This document shows positions 48,701 to 60,799 of a stretch of DNA of 64,000 nucleotides, piece by piece. Source of the stretch: Prorocentrum cordatum (lineage: Eukaryota); NCBI GenBank assembly GCA_963575745.1, contig CAUYUJ010000001.1, positions 3,472,001 through 3,536,000 on the forward strand. The letters are read 5' to 3'. How positions within the stretch are numbered: position 1 is the first letter of the stretch; each line of letters starts with the position of its first letter. The notes beneath the pieces were generated by a model. The model worked only from the letters and a program-made list of their open reading frames with translations. It was not told the origin of the DNA and ran no database searches. Both the position numbers and the translations under genes were made by a program.

Positions 48701-49848
48701 GCGACCCCGGCGGACAGGCCAGGCGGCCGGGAAGCTCGCCGCCGCCCGCCGCTCGGTGAGCGAGCCTCGGGCCCGAGGCGAGGATGAGTTGCCTGGGCCA
48801 GCCTCGGGTCGGAGGCGAGGACGGTGAGGCGGAGGGGGAAGCGGAGGGGGAGGGGGAGGAGGCGGAGGTGGAGGGGGAGGAGGAGGACGAGAAGGAGGAG
48901 GACGAGGACGCAGCGTGCCCGGCCGCATGCCGACGGCGAGGGCGACTCCGCCGCCACGCGCCGCACCGCCCCAGAAGGTGGAGAGAGGGGGAGGACAAGG
49001 AGGAGGTCGAGAACCAGGAGGAGGAAGAGAGGCGGGACAGGAGAAAGTGGAGGTGAGGAGGGGGAGAAGGAGGACGAGACAGAGGACAAGCGACCTTCCT
49101 CCATACCCAAACTGACATGCTTCTAGCCGCCCCTTCCCGTCTTCGAATCTGTCCCTTGCCAACGTGTCGCAGCAATTGCGGCACGCTTCCCGGCGCCTGC
49201 CAAGGACTGCCTCCCTCGCGATCCCTGGTTTTCTCCATCTCCCATGGACCCACATCGTCATTGTATGATCCTTGGCACGCGTGCCACATGTATGCATAAA
49301 TATATATATATATATATATATATAAATGTATAAAATGGCACGGAACACATACACACATGTATGTTTTAATACGCATCTAACATATGCATCTACCAATGCA
49401 AATTAGTTATATTTATACGACTAGAAATGTACAGGGGGTACTGGCGATCACGTTCAGCATCTGATTGTCGATGGCAGAATGTATAATGTGCATTTTCAAG
49501 GTCTGATACATATACCAGCGTAAGTGTATGGTTCGATCCTGGTCGTCTGTAGCATGGAATAAAACAATCCGCCGACCCAGTCGTCGTGTGTGAAACGCTG
49601 TCGTCATCTTCGTCGTCGTCGTCGCCAGTCCACAGGAGATCTAGAAACGAACAGAAAACAAAAACGATGTAAAAGAAACGTCGTAGCTAAATATCTTCCA
49701 TCCGGTTTTCTCCTCCCTGACGGGGGGGGGGGCATGGGCACTACCGGCTTTGATGCACCAGCGGGGGCCTGCGTTGTCAATGCTTTTCTTGAAGGCAGAA
49801 AGAGAAAAAGAGAGAGCGAGAGAGAGACAAAAAAGGAAGAGAAAGTGT

Positions 49849-49881
<33 letters not shown>

Positions 49882-50029
49882 TGATATACATATATATATA
49901 TGTATATATATACACACATAGGTGTATGCATGTATGTTTGTATCATTGTAAGTGTGTATGTATACATATTTATCTCGGCGCGCGGGCATATCGGTGCCCT
50001 TGGTTTTCTTATTGAAGTCATTCAACATC

Positions 50030-51805
50030 GGAATTACTGAGTAAGGAAGCCTTATTAAGGAGCCCCTCGTAAGGAATCCCCAAGAACCTTTAGTAGGAAA
50101 TTCAGATTAAGAAATCCGTCGTCGGGAACTCTTAGTGAGGCTTTCTTACGGGGGAAGCCTTGCTAAGGAGTCCTTGATCGTAGGTCCGAATTGGGGAACC
50201 CTTGGTAAATAATCCTTGTTGTGGAACCCCTCGTGAGAAGTATCACGCGACGGGTCCATGGTTAAAACAAATCACGTACCCCCCAAAAAATGCCGGAGCC
50301 ATGGATCCGTACTAGGAGTCCTTCGTGGGGAATCCGTAAGAAGGAATGGAATTCCTAGTACGGGATCTTTCATAAAGAACCCGCAGTAAGAAAGCCTCAC
50401 TAAGGAATCGATGTGGAGGAGTCTTGAACATATAGAGCCCTGAATAAGGTTCAGTGTCTAGGGAACCCGTACCAAGGAATACTTGACCGTGAAGCCTGCC
50501 TACCAGCAGTTCCCACTAAGGAACCCTTGAAACGAAGTTCTTAATCAGGCACTATCAGTAAGGAACCCTTTTTGAAGGAGTCCTTAGTAGGGAACCCTGA
50601 GTCACATTTCCTCACTTGGGAGCTATTACTCAGGGATCATTGACAGTGAATCCTGGCTGGCCTTAATCATGAGTTCCTAACGGAAAATCACTCGTGAGGA
50701 ATATTGCATGAAGAGCCCTCAGAAACGGAACCTTTGTTACGGTGTTCTTCCCATGGGGGTCCTGGGTCCTGAATACGTAAGGTTTCTCTAGTAAGGACTG
50801 CTTAGTAAGGTATCCTATGATAAGGAATATTCGTTAATGGGGTCTTCTGTAAGAAATCCCTCGCAACAGATCTTGAAGAGGGAACCCGGACGAATGATTA
50901 TTTAATCGCGCCCCCTTCATAAAGACTCAGTGGTCGGGAATCCGCAATAAAGAAATTTAAACAAGGAGCCCTGTCCGGGAAAACCATAGCAAAGAGCCCT
51001 GAGTAAGGAGTTCTCAACAAGGAACCCTTAAAAAGGAGTCCTTCGTAAGGATTCGTCCAAAAGGAAATTCTTGAAGGAGCCCATGACAGGAAACCCGGAA
51101 GAAGGCTTCCATACAAGGGAACCCTTGATCGTGGCTAAGGGGCCCTTAATAAGGAACCCGCGTTAAGGAATCACCAACAAGGTGCCCGAACTTAGAATCC
51201 CTCTTAAGAGGTCCTCCGTAAGGATTCCCTTGTCAGGAACCCTGAGCAATGGGTCCTTGATGTGGACTCCTGACTAAGGAACCCTTACGCACGAACCCCT
51301 GTTAAAGATGCCTTGATCACGGGTCCGAAATCAAAACCCTTCGTAACTATTCCGTGCTAAAAAATCCTTGTTACGGGATCCTTGAGCAGGAACCCTTTTA
51401 ATCCAGAATTTTGACAGGGGGGCCCTAAGTCAGTATCCCCGTGTAGCGCCTTGTTATTAAGGATTCTTCATAGGGCATCACTAGTAAGGAGTTCTTAGCA
51501 CGAAATCCTGAGAGGAAAGTCCTTCGTAAAGAACCCGCATGACTGACTTCTCACTAAGGAACTCTTTAAACACGAACCATTACTGAGGAATCCTTGTGAA
51601 AGGGGGTCTTAAATAACGAGCCTGGAGTAAGGTTTCCTTTTAGGGAACCCTTACCCAATAATCCTTGATAGCGATTCCTCACTACACTTAATAAACGGAT
51701 CCCTTTACCAAGGCATGTTGCATATCGGATCCTTGGAGAAGGAACCGTTTACTAAGGTGCCCTGACTAGGATATCCTTAGTACGGTATCCTTAGTAAGGA
51801 AGGCT
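50030..51805. repeat. Highly degenerate ~20-bp satellite with palindromic core TAAGGAATCCTTA
   Basis: AAGGAATCC/AAGGAACCC...CTT motifs recur throughout. Shorter patches at about 36420-36575 and 63960-63990. Confidence 0.8.
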
Positions 51806-51823
51806 GAGTCAGTTATCTTTACA

Positions 51824-52004
51824 ATTGGTTCCTCCTGTGGCAGAGGGGGGGTTTGGCCCTGGGGAAAAAACCCAAGAACAAAAAAACGCCCTCCCGAATC
51901 TACTGGTCCCGTTTTTCTCCGGGGCCAGCGGAAGAAAAACGGTACCAGTGGACTCGTTTGTTTTTTGGGTTTCTTTCCTGGGGTCTGCCCCAAAAGGAAC
52001 CAAT
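51824..52004. mobile_element. ~180 bp foldback palindrome/MITE
   Basis: ATTGGTTCCT...GGCAGA...AAACCCAA...CTACTGGTCCCGTTTTTCTCC pairs with GGAAGAAAAACGGTACCAGTGG...TTGGGTTT...TCTGCC...AGGAACCAAT. Confidence 0.85.
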
Positions 52005-52349
52005 GTGTACTCCCACACGCAAGGGGGATTGATGTGTCATCCCCCACAAGATGAATCGACTGATCCCCCACAGCCACACAAACAAAGGGAGAGACATCCA
52101 CGTGAGCGTCCTCCAAAGAGGGGGAGAAAGAGAGAAAGAGAGAGAGAGAGAGAGAACAAGAGAGGAAGAGAGAGAGACAAACAAAACGGTAGACAGAGGG
52201 AACAGAAGAAGGCGCGAGGACGACCACGGTGCAGACACAAGAAGCAGACAGCAAACACACGGCGCAAAACGACGCGCCCCACCCCGCCCGCCTCGAGAAG
52301 GTGTGGAGGGCAAGTGGCGGCCGGGGACTCCGCGGGGCGGGACGGGGCC

Positions 52350-52521
52350 TAAAACAGGGCTAGGATCGGGATAAATCGCTCCAGAGCGTTCCGGAGGCTC
52401 TCAGAGCGTTCCGGAACGCTCTGGAGCGGCCGCGGCGCCCAATACATCCTCCAAACCCGCCGATTCTCAGAGATTTCGAGTTATCCTGATCCGATTTTGT
52501 GCCAATCTTCTCGTCGTTTTA
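52350..52521 (-). mobile_element. ~172 bp MITE-like element, copy 2 (inverted relative to 38720-38893)
   Basis: High similarity over the full length; flanked by GGCC on both sides. Confidence 0.85.
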
Positions 52522-53159
52522 GGCCCCCGATCCAGGAGGGAGGGGCGGGCGGGGGCGGGGCGGGGCGGCCGGCGGAGCGGCGGCCGCGGGCGGTCCATGG
52601 CGGACATGCAGATGCGCATGATCCACGCCTCGGAGGGGCGCCTCCCCATCTTGCCCTTTCTTTTCCTTCGTTTCCTCCTCCTCCTCCTCCTCATCATCAT
52701 CATCATCATCGCCTCCTCTCTCCTCCTCCTCCTCCTCCTCCTCCCTCCTCCCTCCTCCTCCTCCTCCTCCCTCCTCCTCCCTCCTCCTCCTCCTCCTCCC
52801 TCCTCCTCCCTCCTCCTCCTCCTCCTCCTCCTCCTCCTCCTCCTCATGATCCCGCCCGGCCCGAGCCGTGCTCGGCCGTCGGGCTCCGGAGGGGCGGGGG
52901 GCGGGGGGATGCGAGGAGGAGGAGGAGGAGGCGAAGGAGGAGGAGGAGGAGGAGGCGGAGGAGGAGGAGGCGGAGGAGGAGGAGGAGGAGGAGGGACTGC
53001 TGCGGGGGGTAGGCGGAGGGGGCGCCTCTCCCCGGGCGGCGCCCCGTGGAGGAGCCGGGGCGGCGCCTGCGAGGTCTCCCCCCCGGGCGCCCGCCCGTGC
53101 GCGCCCCGCGCGCTGGGCGCGTGTGCCGAGGCTGCGCCCGGTGGCCGCCCGCGTGCGCC

Positions 53160-53720
53160 TCTTGGGTGGCCACAAAGCTTTCACCACGCAGCCTGCTCCA
53201 CGCAGCTCACCCCCGAGGTGGCTCAGATGGCTCCAAGAGGTCCATGGCCCCAAGATGCCCAAACGATTGGTGCACCTTCTGTTCTTGAAGGATGTTCGCG
53301 TTCTCGCCCTTTCGGGCTTCCGACAAAAGGTCGTATAGAGGCCTCCGAGGTCGCCCGAAACGGGCCAAGTGGGCCCCAAGACGGCCCAAGAGGCCCTTTG
53401 AATTGCTCCACGGCGGGCCCAGAGACGTCCAAGATGCCCCGAAAGCGTCCCAAGAAGGCCCCCAATCAGCCCGTTGAGGACCCCAAGACGGCTTCCGAAG
53501 ACCAAGCGGCCCGCGACCCCAAGAGGCCCTCCGAGGCCCTCCGAAGGCGCAAGAGCCCCCCAGAAGGCCCATGAGGACCCCAGAGGCCCTCATGGGCCCA
53601 TGACCCCGCGCTTGTAGGTCTACAGGGGCCCCCAACACGCCCGCGAGAAGCCCCATGAGGCCCCCAAGGCCCTCTGAAGCCACCAAGAGCCCCCCAGAAA
53701 GTCCTCCAGATGCCTCCTCC
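53160..53720 (+). repeat. GGCCCCAAGA-family repeat
   Basis: CCAAGA motifs plus the internal TTCTCGCCCTTTCGGGCTTCCGAC motif. Confidence 0.8.
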
Positions 53721-54029
53721 TCCTCCTCCTCCACTCCCTCATCCTTCCCCTCCTCCAGCTTCTTATCCTCTCTCTCTTCCTCTCCGAAGGGTTCCCCCAA
53801 GGTTCCCACAACGGCTCGGGGAGCACATAGCAAGACTTCGACGTAACGTTTGGCGACATAGGCATTTCCAACAGGTAAGGGGGCGTTTTTTTGCTGCGTG
53901 CGTCTTCGATAGAACTGTCAGTGGCATGACATCGGCGTTGTCTAGAGAGCAAACTGTCAAGACATACGCGCGGACCGACAAACACTCCGACATCGCGATT
54001 ACACATGAATTGTACGTGTGTGCGCGCCG

Positions 54030-54658
54030 GTGCGTTTACGCATACACAAACAAACACGAGCGCACGTACACACATGCGCACACCACACGCGCACACACGC
54101 ACGCGCAGACACACACACAAACACACTTGTTCCCAGGCCTCGCCGATTACTTCAATCGACGGGGCAACAAGGGCGGGACGCGCTTAAACCTTATCGGCCG
54201 TACACTGACGAACATGTACACACAATGAAAGCAACATGCCACACACAAATAACATAACAGCAACACAAAATACAACACAACACAACACAACACACCACAC
54301 CATACCACAGCACACACAAACACAATGCACACACAGACACACACAAGCAACCACAAACACACACACACGCACACACACTCATAGACACACACACACACGC
54401 GCAATCACACAGACAAACGCATGCACACACAGATACAGACAGACACTCACACGCAAACAGACACACTCACAAACACACGCACACACATATTCACACAGAC
54501 ACACACAGATAGACACACACACACACAAACAGAAACGAACATAGACACGCACACGCACACATACAGACACACGCACAGACAAACACAGACACATACAGAC
54601 ACAACAACAGACACACCAACACACAAACACACACGGACACACATACATACTCAGACAA

Positions 54659-54692
<34 letters not shown>

Positions 54693-55270
54693 GCAAGCAG
54701 AAAGACGGCCACACAAACAGACAGAGAGACAGACAAACGGACACGTAGAGACAGATCGACACACAGACATATAGGAAGGAAGACAGACACACAGACAAAC
54801 AGACAGACAGAAAGGCAGGCAGGCAGGCATGCAGGCAAGCAAGCAAGCAGGCAGGCAGACAGACACACATAAAGACAAACACGCAAACAAACATGCAGGC
54901 AGGCAGGCAGGCAGGAAGGCAGGCATGCAAGCGGGCGGGCGGGCGGGCGGGCGGGCGGGTGGACGGGCGGACGGGCGGGCGAGCGGGCGGGCAGGCGGGC
55001 AGGCAGACAGGCCGGCGGGCAGGCAGGCAAGCAGGCAGACAGGCAGGCAGACAGACAGACAGACAGACAGGCAGACAGATTGACAGACAGACAAAAAAAC
55101 AGGCAAGCAATCAGGCAGGCAGGCAGGCAAGCAAGCGGGCAAGCAGGCAGGCAGACAAACAAGCAAACGGACAGAAAGACAGGCAGACACACAGGCAGGC
55201 AGGCAGACAGGCACACAGACACACAAACACACAGACGCACAAACTCATATGCACGCGCGCACACACCCCC
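54030..55270. repeat. Graded compound microsatellite CA > CAGA > CAGG > CGGG > CAGG > CAGA > CA
   Basis: Seen directly. Confidence 0.93.
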
Positions 55271-56182
55271 ATACCCCCGCACCCCCACCCCAAAACTTAT
55301 TCGGAAAGAGCGAAAGCAACAACCTGTTGGAAGACAAAGAAGAGGAGCGGCAGCAACACCAGCAACACGAGGAGGAGGCGGACGACGAAGGAAAAGGAGG
55401 AAGAGGAGGAGGAGGAGGAGGTGAGGCGGACCTTTCTTTCCTCCTCCTGTGATTCCTCCTGCTCCGGGCGCCCCGTCTTCTTCAGACGACGGGGCACATG
55501 TCGCGTTTGATGAATCGCCGTGAAGTGGTGGCTGGCGTATGCGTACTATTGTGTTTTACTCTGCTCGGTTCGATTCAGGCCCAATGTGGTATATGGCGTC
55601 TAATCGGTCGGTGCTGCCTTTGCTTGTTTCTGTGGCCAGCCTGGGTTTGGCGCGCGCGTCGCGTATTATGGGCCGCCAGTACTTGGTATCTACTGAGTTC
55701 TTCTCAATCGCGCTGTGTTCGGCTATGTTCCGATGATTGTTTCTGTTCTGATCTCGGACGCCTGTCGCGCTTGATATGTCGTCTAATCGGTCGTTGCCGT
55801 GCTTTTTTTTCCTTCTGGCCAGGCGTGGATGCGAGTGCGCCTTTGATTTGTCGTTGCTGGACTTAGCAGATATGTTATGCCCGACAATATTATTTCCTGC
55901 TATGCTGCAATCAGATTTGCTGTGATCGCGACGGGACGGCGTGACGCCGTGGCGCCTGTCACGCTAGGTGCGTCGTCCGATGGGTCGTTGCGGCGCCTCT
56001 TTGCACATGTGGCCGGGCAAACTTCGGCGCGCGCGTCGCGTTTGATTATGTTTTGGCGCGACTGATCTGTTATGGAATTTCTCTTCAAGTGTATGTCTCC
56101 TCTGTTACAGTTCGCACCGTTCTGCTCACTTCTGCGATTTCATACTTTGGCATGGCATGGCATGCTCTGCTCTGTAACCCCG

Positions 56183-56352
56183 CGTTGCAGGCATGGGGGC
56201 AACGTGGGTCACATAGATGAGCGAGAGATGTGCGTTGAACGTCTTCGGACACCAAGTGTCAATCAAGTCCTGAGCACGCCAGCGCCCCAAAAGCCCAAAC
56301 GGCTACGGAGACCCTGTCTGTCAGAAAGCTGAAAGGGGGGGTGCGCGCGACA
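56183..56352 (-). repeat. 3' LTR
   Basis: Shares AGATGAGCGAGAGAT...GTTGAACGTCTTCGGACACCAAGT...GGAGACCCTGTCTGTCA with the other LTR. Outer ends are approximate. Confidence 0.8.
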
Positions 56353-56769
56353 GCGGGTCCACTTTCAGCGGGGCAGACAAGAGGAAACAGACGCCATCAC
56401 CGGCCCCCCGAGCACTCTCGAGCCCCCCGAATCTCGACATGCCCCCCCAGTGAAGGGCCCCCCCAGCCCGCGCCGACTCTCTCTTTGAAGCCTGGCGCGA
56501 GCGACTCTTCAAGGAACTCTTCAGAGCGCGCTCTGACATCGTACCATCCCCGTCCGCTAATCACAACGCGCCTCGGCGCAACAGGTCAACTAAGGCGAGG
56601 TCGCCGCGCCCTGGGCCGGCCTCGGCCAAAGCGTCCGCCGCCATTCCTCCGCGAGGGGCCCAGCGGATCTGAAAATCAATAGAGCTCATGGCGTTTTTAC
56701 CTACTGCTAGCTTTGTAGCCGTGCGTCTATCTTGTCTTGAGCCGGCACTGCTCCTACTTAGCGTAATAA

Positions 56770-58140
56770 ATATACCTTAGCGTCGACTGCGGACAACGAG
56801 GGAACATCTTCAGCCAGCGAGCAATGAAAACTCAACGCGACCGAGAACGGGGCCTGTTCCAAGTGCCAACTGGGTCGACCTACGTCATGAAGTACAAGGT
56901 CCCTCCACATCACCTACAACCGCTGAGCCTCGGCGAGGGCCGACGACGGGCCAGGGGTCTCTGCTGCCCTCGTGGAGGGCGCGACGCGCTTGAGTCGGGT
57001 GGGCCGCCGCGCGTGGAGAGAAGCCCTCGCTCTCTTGTTCGTCCTGATGTCTGCGTCTGCCGCGACGACGGGGAAGGCCCCTTGGGCGCCGTCTGTTCGA
57101 GCCGAGCCCCGTCCTCCGGCGCCCGAGGTAGTCGCGGAAGTGGCTGCGAGAGGGTCCAAGGGCCTAATCGCTATTCTCTGGGGCGCCGATGAGTTAAAAT
57201 GGCGAACAATCTTGAGGCGCAGAAAAGCATCTCCAAGAGTGGGAGTGGGAAGAGCTGCAGACTGGAGCGACGCGCCTCCAGCGACGTCTGGTCGAGTCTC
57301 TCGGGCGAGCCGCTGGGCCAGCGCGACCGTGGCGCAATATCCTCGCACCTCTTCTGGAGAAAAGGGAGATGAAGGAGGGTCCCCCAGCCGATGTTTCTCC
57401 GATCGCATGGGGGGCAACCGCTCGAGCGCGTATAATTCTTGTTCAGCCAGAATCTTGCCGTCAGGCAGCTGCTTCAAATGGCGCCCTGCGAAGTCCGCCT
57501 CCCCGATCTTCCACTTGCCGAAATGAAATCTGGTATCTGGTTTTTCTCGAAGCGACCCCCGTTCGCGAGGGTGGGAAGCAATGATGAGGTCATCGAGCTC
57601 AATCAGGGCGATCGAGAGAGGGGCGCCGTCCGAGTCTGCGAGCCCAGGGGGAGGGCCCCAGCGACGATTTTTCAAAGCCTGGGCCAGAGGAAGTCAGCGA
57701 GCGTTCTGCGCCGCAACAGAGGCGCGTCGTTAAGCTCGTATCGTAGACCAGCGCCACTAATTCGATCAGCTCTCCTGGGGCCAGATGCAATCGTTGGCGA
57801 GGCTCGCAGTGGATCGCGCCAGAGGGGCGGCTTAAGCAGCGCGCGTGCTTCGCGCCCGCCACCTCCAGAGTCCATCCGAGAGACGCAACCGATTGCCGAA
57901 GCAACGTCAGCCTCTCGGCCTGGGGGGTCGGGGCGTGCACTTGAAGATCCCACCGTCCATCGTGATCGCGATGTCCCTGGACGCGCCGCCTCGACTTGGC
58001 CAGAGTGGCCACCCCCGAACCCTCTTGAGGCTTGAATCTCCAAACCGTCCTAGAACCGAGAACCCGATCGGGGCATCTCTCCCCGATGAGCTGGGCCTCT
58101 GGGGCCGGAACGACCCGCGCGGCGCCTGGCTGAACGATGG
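56770..58140 (-). pseudogene. pol: Copia pol remnant (reverse transcriptase and RNase H)
   Basis: SRTVWRFK...AKSRRRVQGHRD...APT; IELDDLII (YVDD-like); RFHFGKW...FAGR; ETRPD; RLKRVAPSTRAAET; AVDAK. Contains frameshifts, stops and lost catalytic Asp residues. Confidence 0.9.
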
Positions 58141-58639
58141 CTTGCCACCCCCTAGCATTGGAAAGCGCAAACAAAGAGCTCTCGCTCCCGAGGCGATGGG
58201 GTCTCGAGCGAGACCTCAGCGCCACGGCGGGATGGGGGGGGGCGATGAGCCTGGAAGAAGCAAAACAAAATGACCTCCAGAAAGATGGAACGAGACGGAA
58301 CCAGTCGCGCAATTCTCCCCAGAGCTCCTCATCCTGAAAATCGTCCTTCAGGTCGGCGTGCCACGTGCCTTCGATTAGGCTGACTTCCCGGGGCTCGGAT
58401 CGACCGCCCCGGGAAGGAGATCGCGAGCGGGGCCTCTCGGGGGCCTCGGAAGCTTCGGGGCCCTGATGCACGTGGGAACGTCGTCCAGCAAGCTGGCCCT
58501 CGTCGGTTCCCCGCGTTCTATCTGAGAAATTATCGCCCGAACCGCCCACTGTCCTGGAGGTCTTTCTTCTATCGGAGTGAGGCGAGGGCGCTGCGCGGGC
58601 GGGGGCGTAAATTGACTCGAATTTGTCCAGCCAGTCCGT

Positions 58640-59440
58640 ACCCCTCTTCATAGTAGCGTTCCTTGACGCTGTCAGGAAGTACGAGACTCATTCTCTCACC
58701 TGCGGCCAGATGGTTGTCGCGCCTAGCTATGAAGTCCGTCAACGTCTCCCCTCTCCTGAACATGGCCTCGTTGTGTGCTTCTCTCTTCGTGTCCCCAGGG
58801 CACAGACCGTTCGTTAGCTCTAAGTGTGACTGGATCCGGTCGAGCCCGTCAGCGACACCCAAACAACAACTCTCTAACCGACTAACATGTTGCCTGAAGT
58901 TCCATTATATACATTTCCAGCACTCTGCCTGCTCTAACTTCAGGACGAAGTGCTGTCCTGGCTGTCCAAGACTTCATACTCGCGGCGTACAGTTTCAGAT
59001 GTTCCATGCCTAGCCATTGCGGCGGACAGGTGTAGTCCTTGTTGGCTGGAGGCCTGTCTTCCTTCGGATCGTCAGGGCCTATGGGCCAGGAATCGGACGC
59101 GCCCCAGTCTGGGCCTTTCCAACTCCACGAGTCCCGCCAGCTCCAGTCCCAGCCCCAACCAGGAGCTGAACCGCCCCAGCCGCCGGATCGATCCCGGGAC
59201 GAAACGCCGACTGCGGCATTTCCCGAAGATCGTTCTCCAGCTGCTTCTTCTACATGTGTGGCTGATCTCGGCGGCGTCATGACGGTCACCCATGGGTCTA
59301 CACCTCCAAACTGATCGGCGGCCTGGTCTCTGGGACCAGCATGGGCTCCTGGCGGCCTTGCAGGCTGTGCTGACTCCTCAAGGTCTCTCGAGCGTTGTCC
59401 CCCATCATCGCCCTGCTCTCCATGCTCCCCTGCGGCCTCG
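58640..59440 (-). pseudogene. gag: Copia gag remnant
   Basis: Trp-rich N-terminus, PPQWLG...W...T, and RRGETLTDFIARRD...LVLPD, immediately downstream of the PBS. Interrupted by a stop and frameshift. Confidence 0.75.
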
Positions 59441-59441
59441 T

Positions 59442-59458
59442 CCACGCTCCGGCTACCA
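59442..59458 (-). promoter_or_regulatory. Putative primer-binding site (initiator tRNA-Met-like)
   Basis: TGGTAGCCGGAGCGTGG begins 1 nt after the LTR end ...GCTGACA. TGGTAGC is complementary to the GCUACCA 3' end typical of tRNAiMet. Confidence 0.7.
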
Positions 59459-59459
59459 T

Positions 59460-59636
59460 TGTCAGCGGGCATGGGAGTAACAGGGATCACACAGATGAGC
59501 GAGAGATATGTGTTGAACGTCTTCGGACACCAAGTATCAATGCAGTCCTGAGCACGTCAGTGCCCCCCAAACCCAAACGGCTGTGGAGACCCTGTCTGTC
59601 ACAAAACGGAGAGGAGAGGGGAGGTTAAACACAACA
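59460..59636 (-). repeat. 5' LTR
   Basis: TG...CA bounded and adjacent to the PBS. Confidence 0.8.
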
Positions 59637-60799
59637 ACGTGATAAGTATGGCCCCTCAGGTTCGGTGGTGTCGAGCTCTTATATGTGATGCTGTTCACAG
59701 TATGACCAGTTACCAACCATGTTATAGCAGCGAGTCTTTGACGTATAGGTAGCAATGCTATAACAGCTACGCTATGCTCTGCTGGCTACGGTGTGCCCAA
59801 TTCGTTATAGTATGTAAATTCGATAAGATGGTATGTTACGTCGGGCTCTATTACATATGTTTTGTTCTCGACGGGCTGGCGTGACGCCGTGACGCCTGTC
59901 ACGATAGCCGCGTCGCCCGATCGTTCGTTGCTGCACCTGTTTCCTCTTGTGTCCAGCCTGAGCTGTCGCAATTCTGTGTTATGGTATGATGCGTTCTGCC
60001 ATTGTGTGATCTGTTACGCTCTGCTCTGATACGCTATGTTATTGTGTGCCCTGCCCTTGTTTGCTATGCTGTGTGGTGTTATGCTATGACATGTTTGCGT
60101 TGCTATGGTTTGTCCTGTTATGTCCTGTTCGGACACGCAATGCAATCGTATGCGTTGTTATGTGATGGTGCTTTGATGTATTATGCTGTGCGATGCTATG
60201 CTGCGTTATGCCGCACTTTGTCATGGTATGATTTGTCATGGTATGGAATGATCTGTGTTTCGAGATGCCATGTTGCGCTGTGATGTTACATCCGAATGGG
60301 GGGGCCGAGCGGTCATTCACTGTCCCCGGGTGTCTGGATGACGTGGGCTTCTGTGGTGCGGATTGATTGCTGTTGTTGTCGTTGTTGTTGTCGCCGTCCC
60401 CCCCGCGACCCGGCCCGCGACCCACCCGCGACCCGCCCGCGACCCGCCCGCGACCCGCCCGCGACCAGCCCGCGACTCGCCCGCGACTCGCCCGCGACCC
60501 AACCGCGACCCACCCGCGACCCACACACATTGCCTCAACGAAACAACCGGCGCCTGCGACTGGCTCGCTGCATATTTTGTAAAAAGTTAGGCGCGCGCCG
60601 CGGGCTTCTTCGCGGCCTCACAGACTGCCGACGTCCTGGCCTCGCCGCCCTTCGCTCTTACTCGCAACTGCGGGGTGCTACGTAACATTGCACGCAGTAA
60701 CATGGCATAACCTAAACATGAGATTCCTTAACATCGCATGACAGAACACACCTTACCCTGACACACTATCGCAACTTATATAGATGCGACTTACCAACA

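Larger units (their letters stand above)
56183..59636 (-). mobile_element. Degenerate, internally deleted Ty1/Copia LTR retrotransposon
   Basis: ~170-bp direct repeats at about 56183-56352 and 59460-59636, a PBS-like TGGTAGCCGGAGCGTGG next to the 5' LTR, and gag, RT and RNase H remnants. Confidence 0.9.

Noticed and set aside
53830..53880. Plus-strand mini-exon QDFDVTFGDIGISN|gtaag
   Set aside because: Splice-like ends only, with no recognisable family or partner exons.
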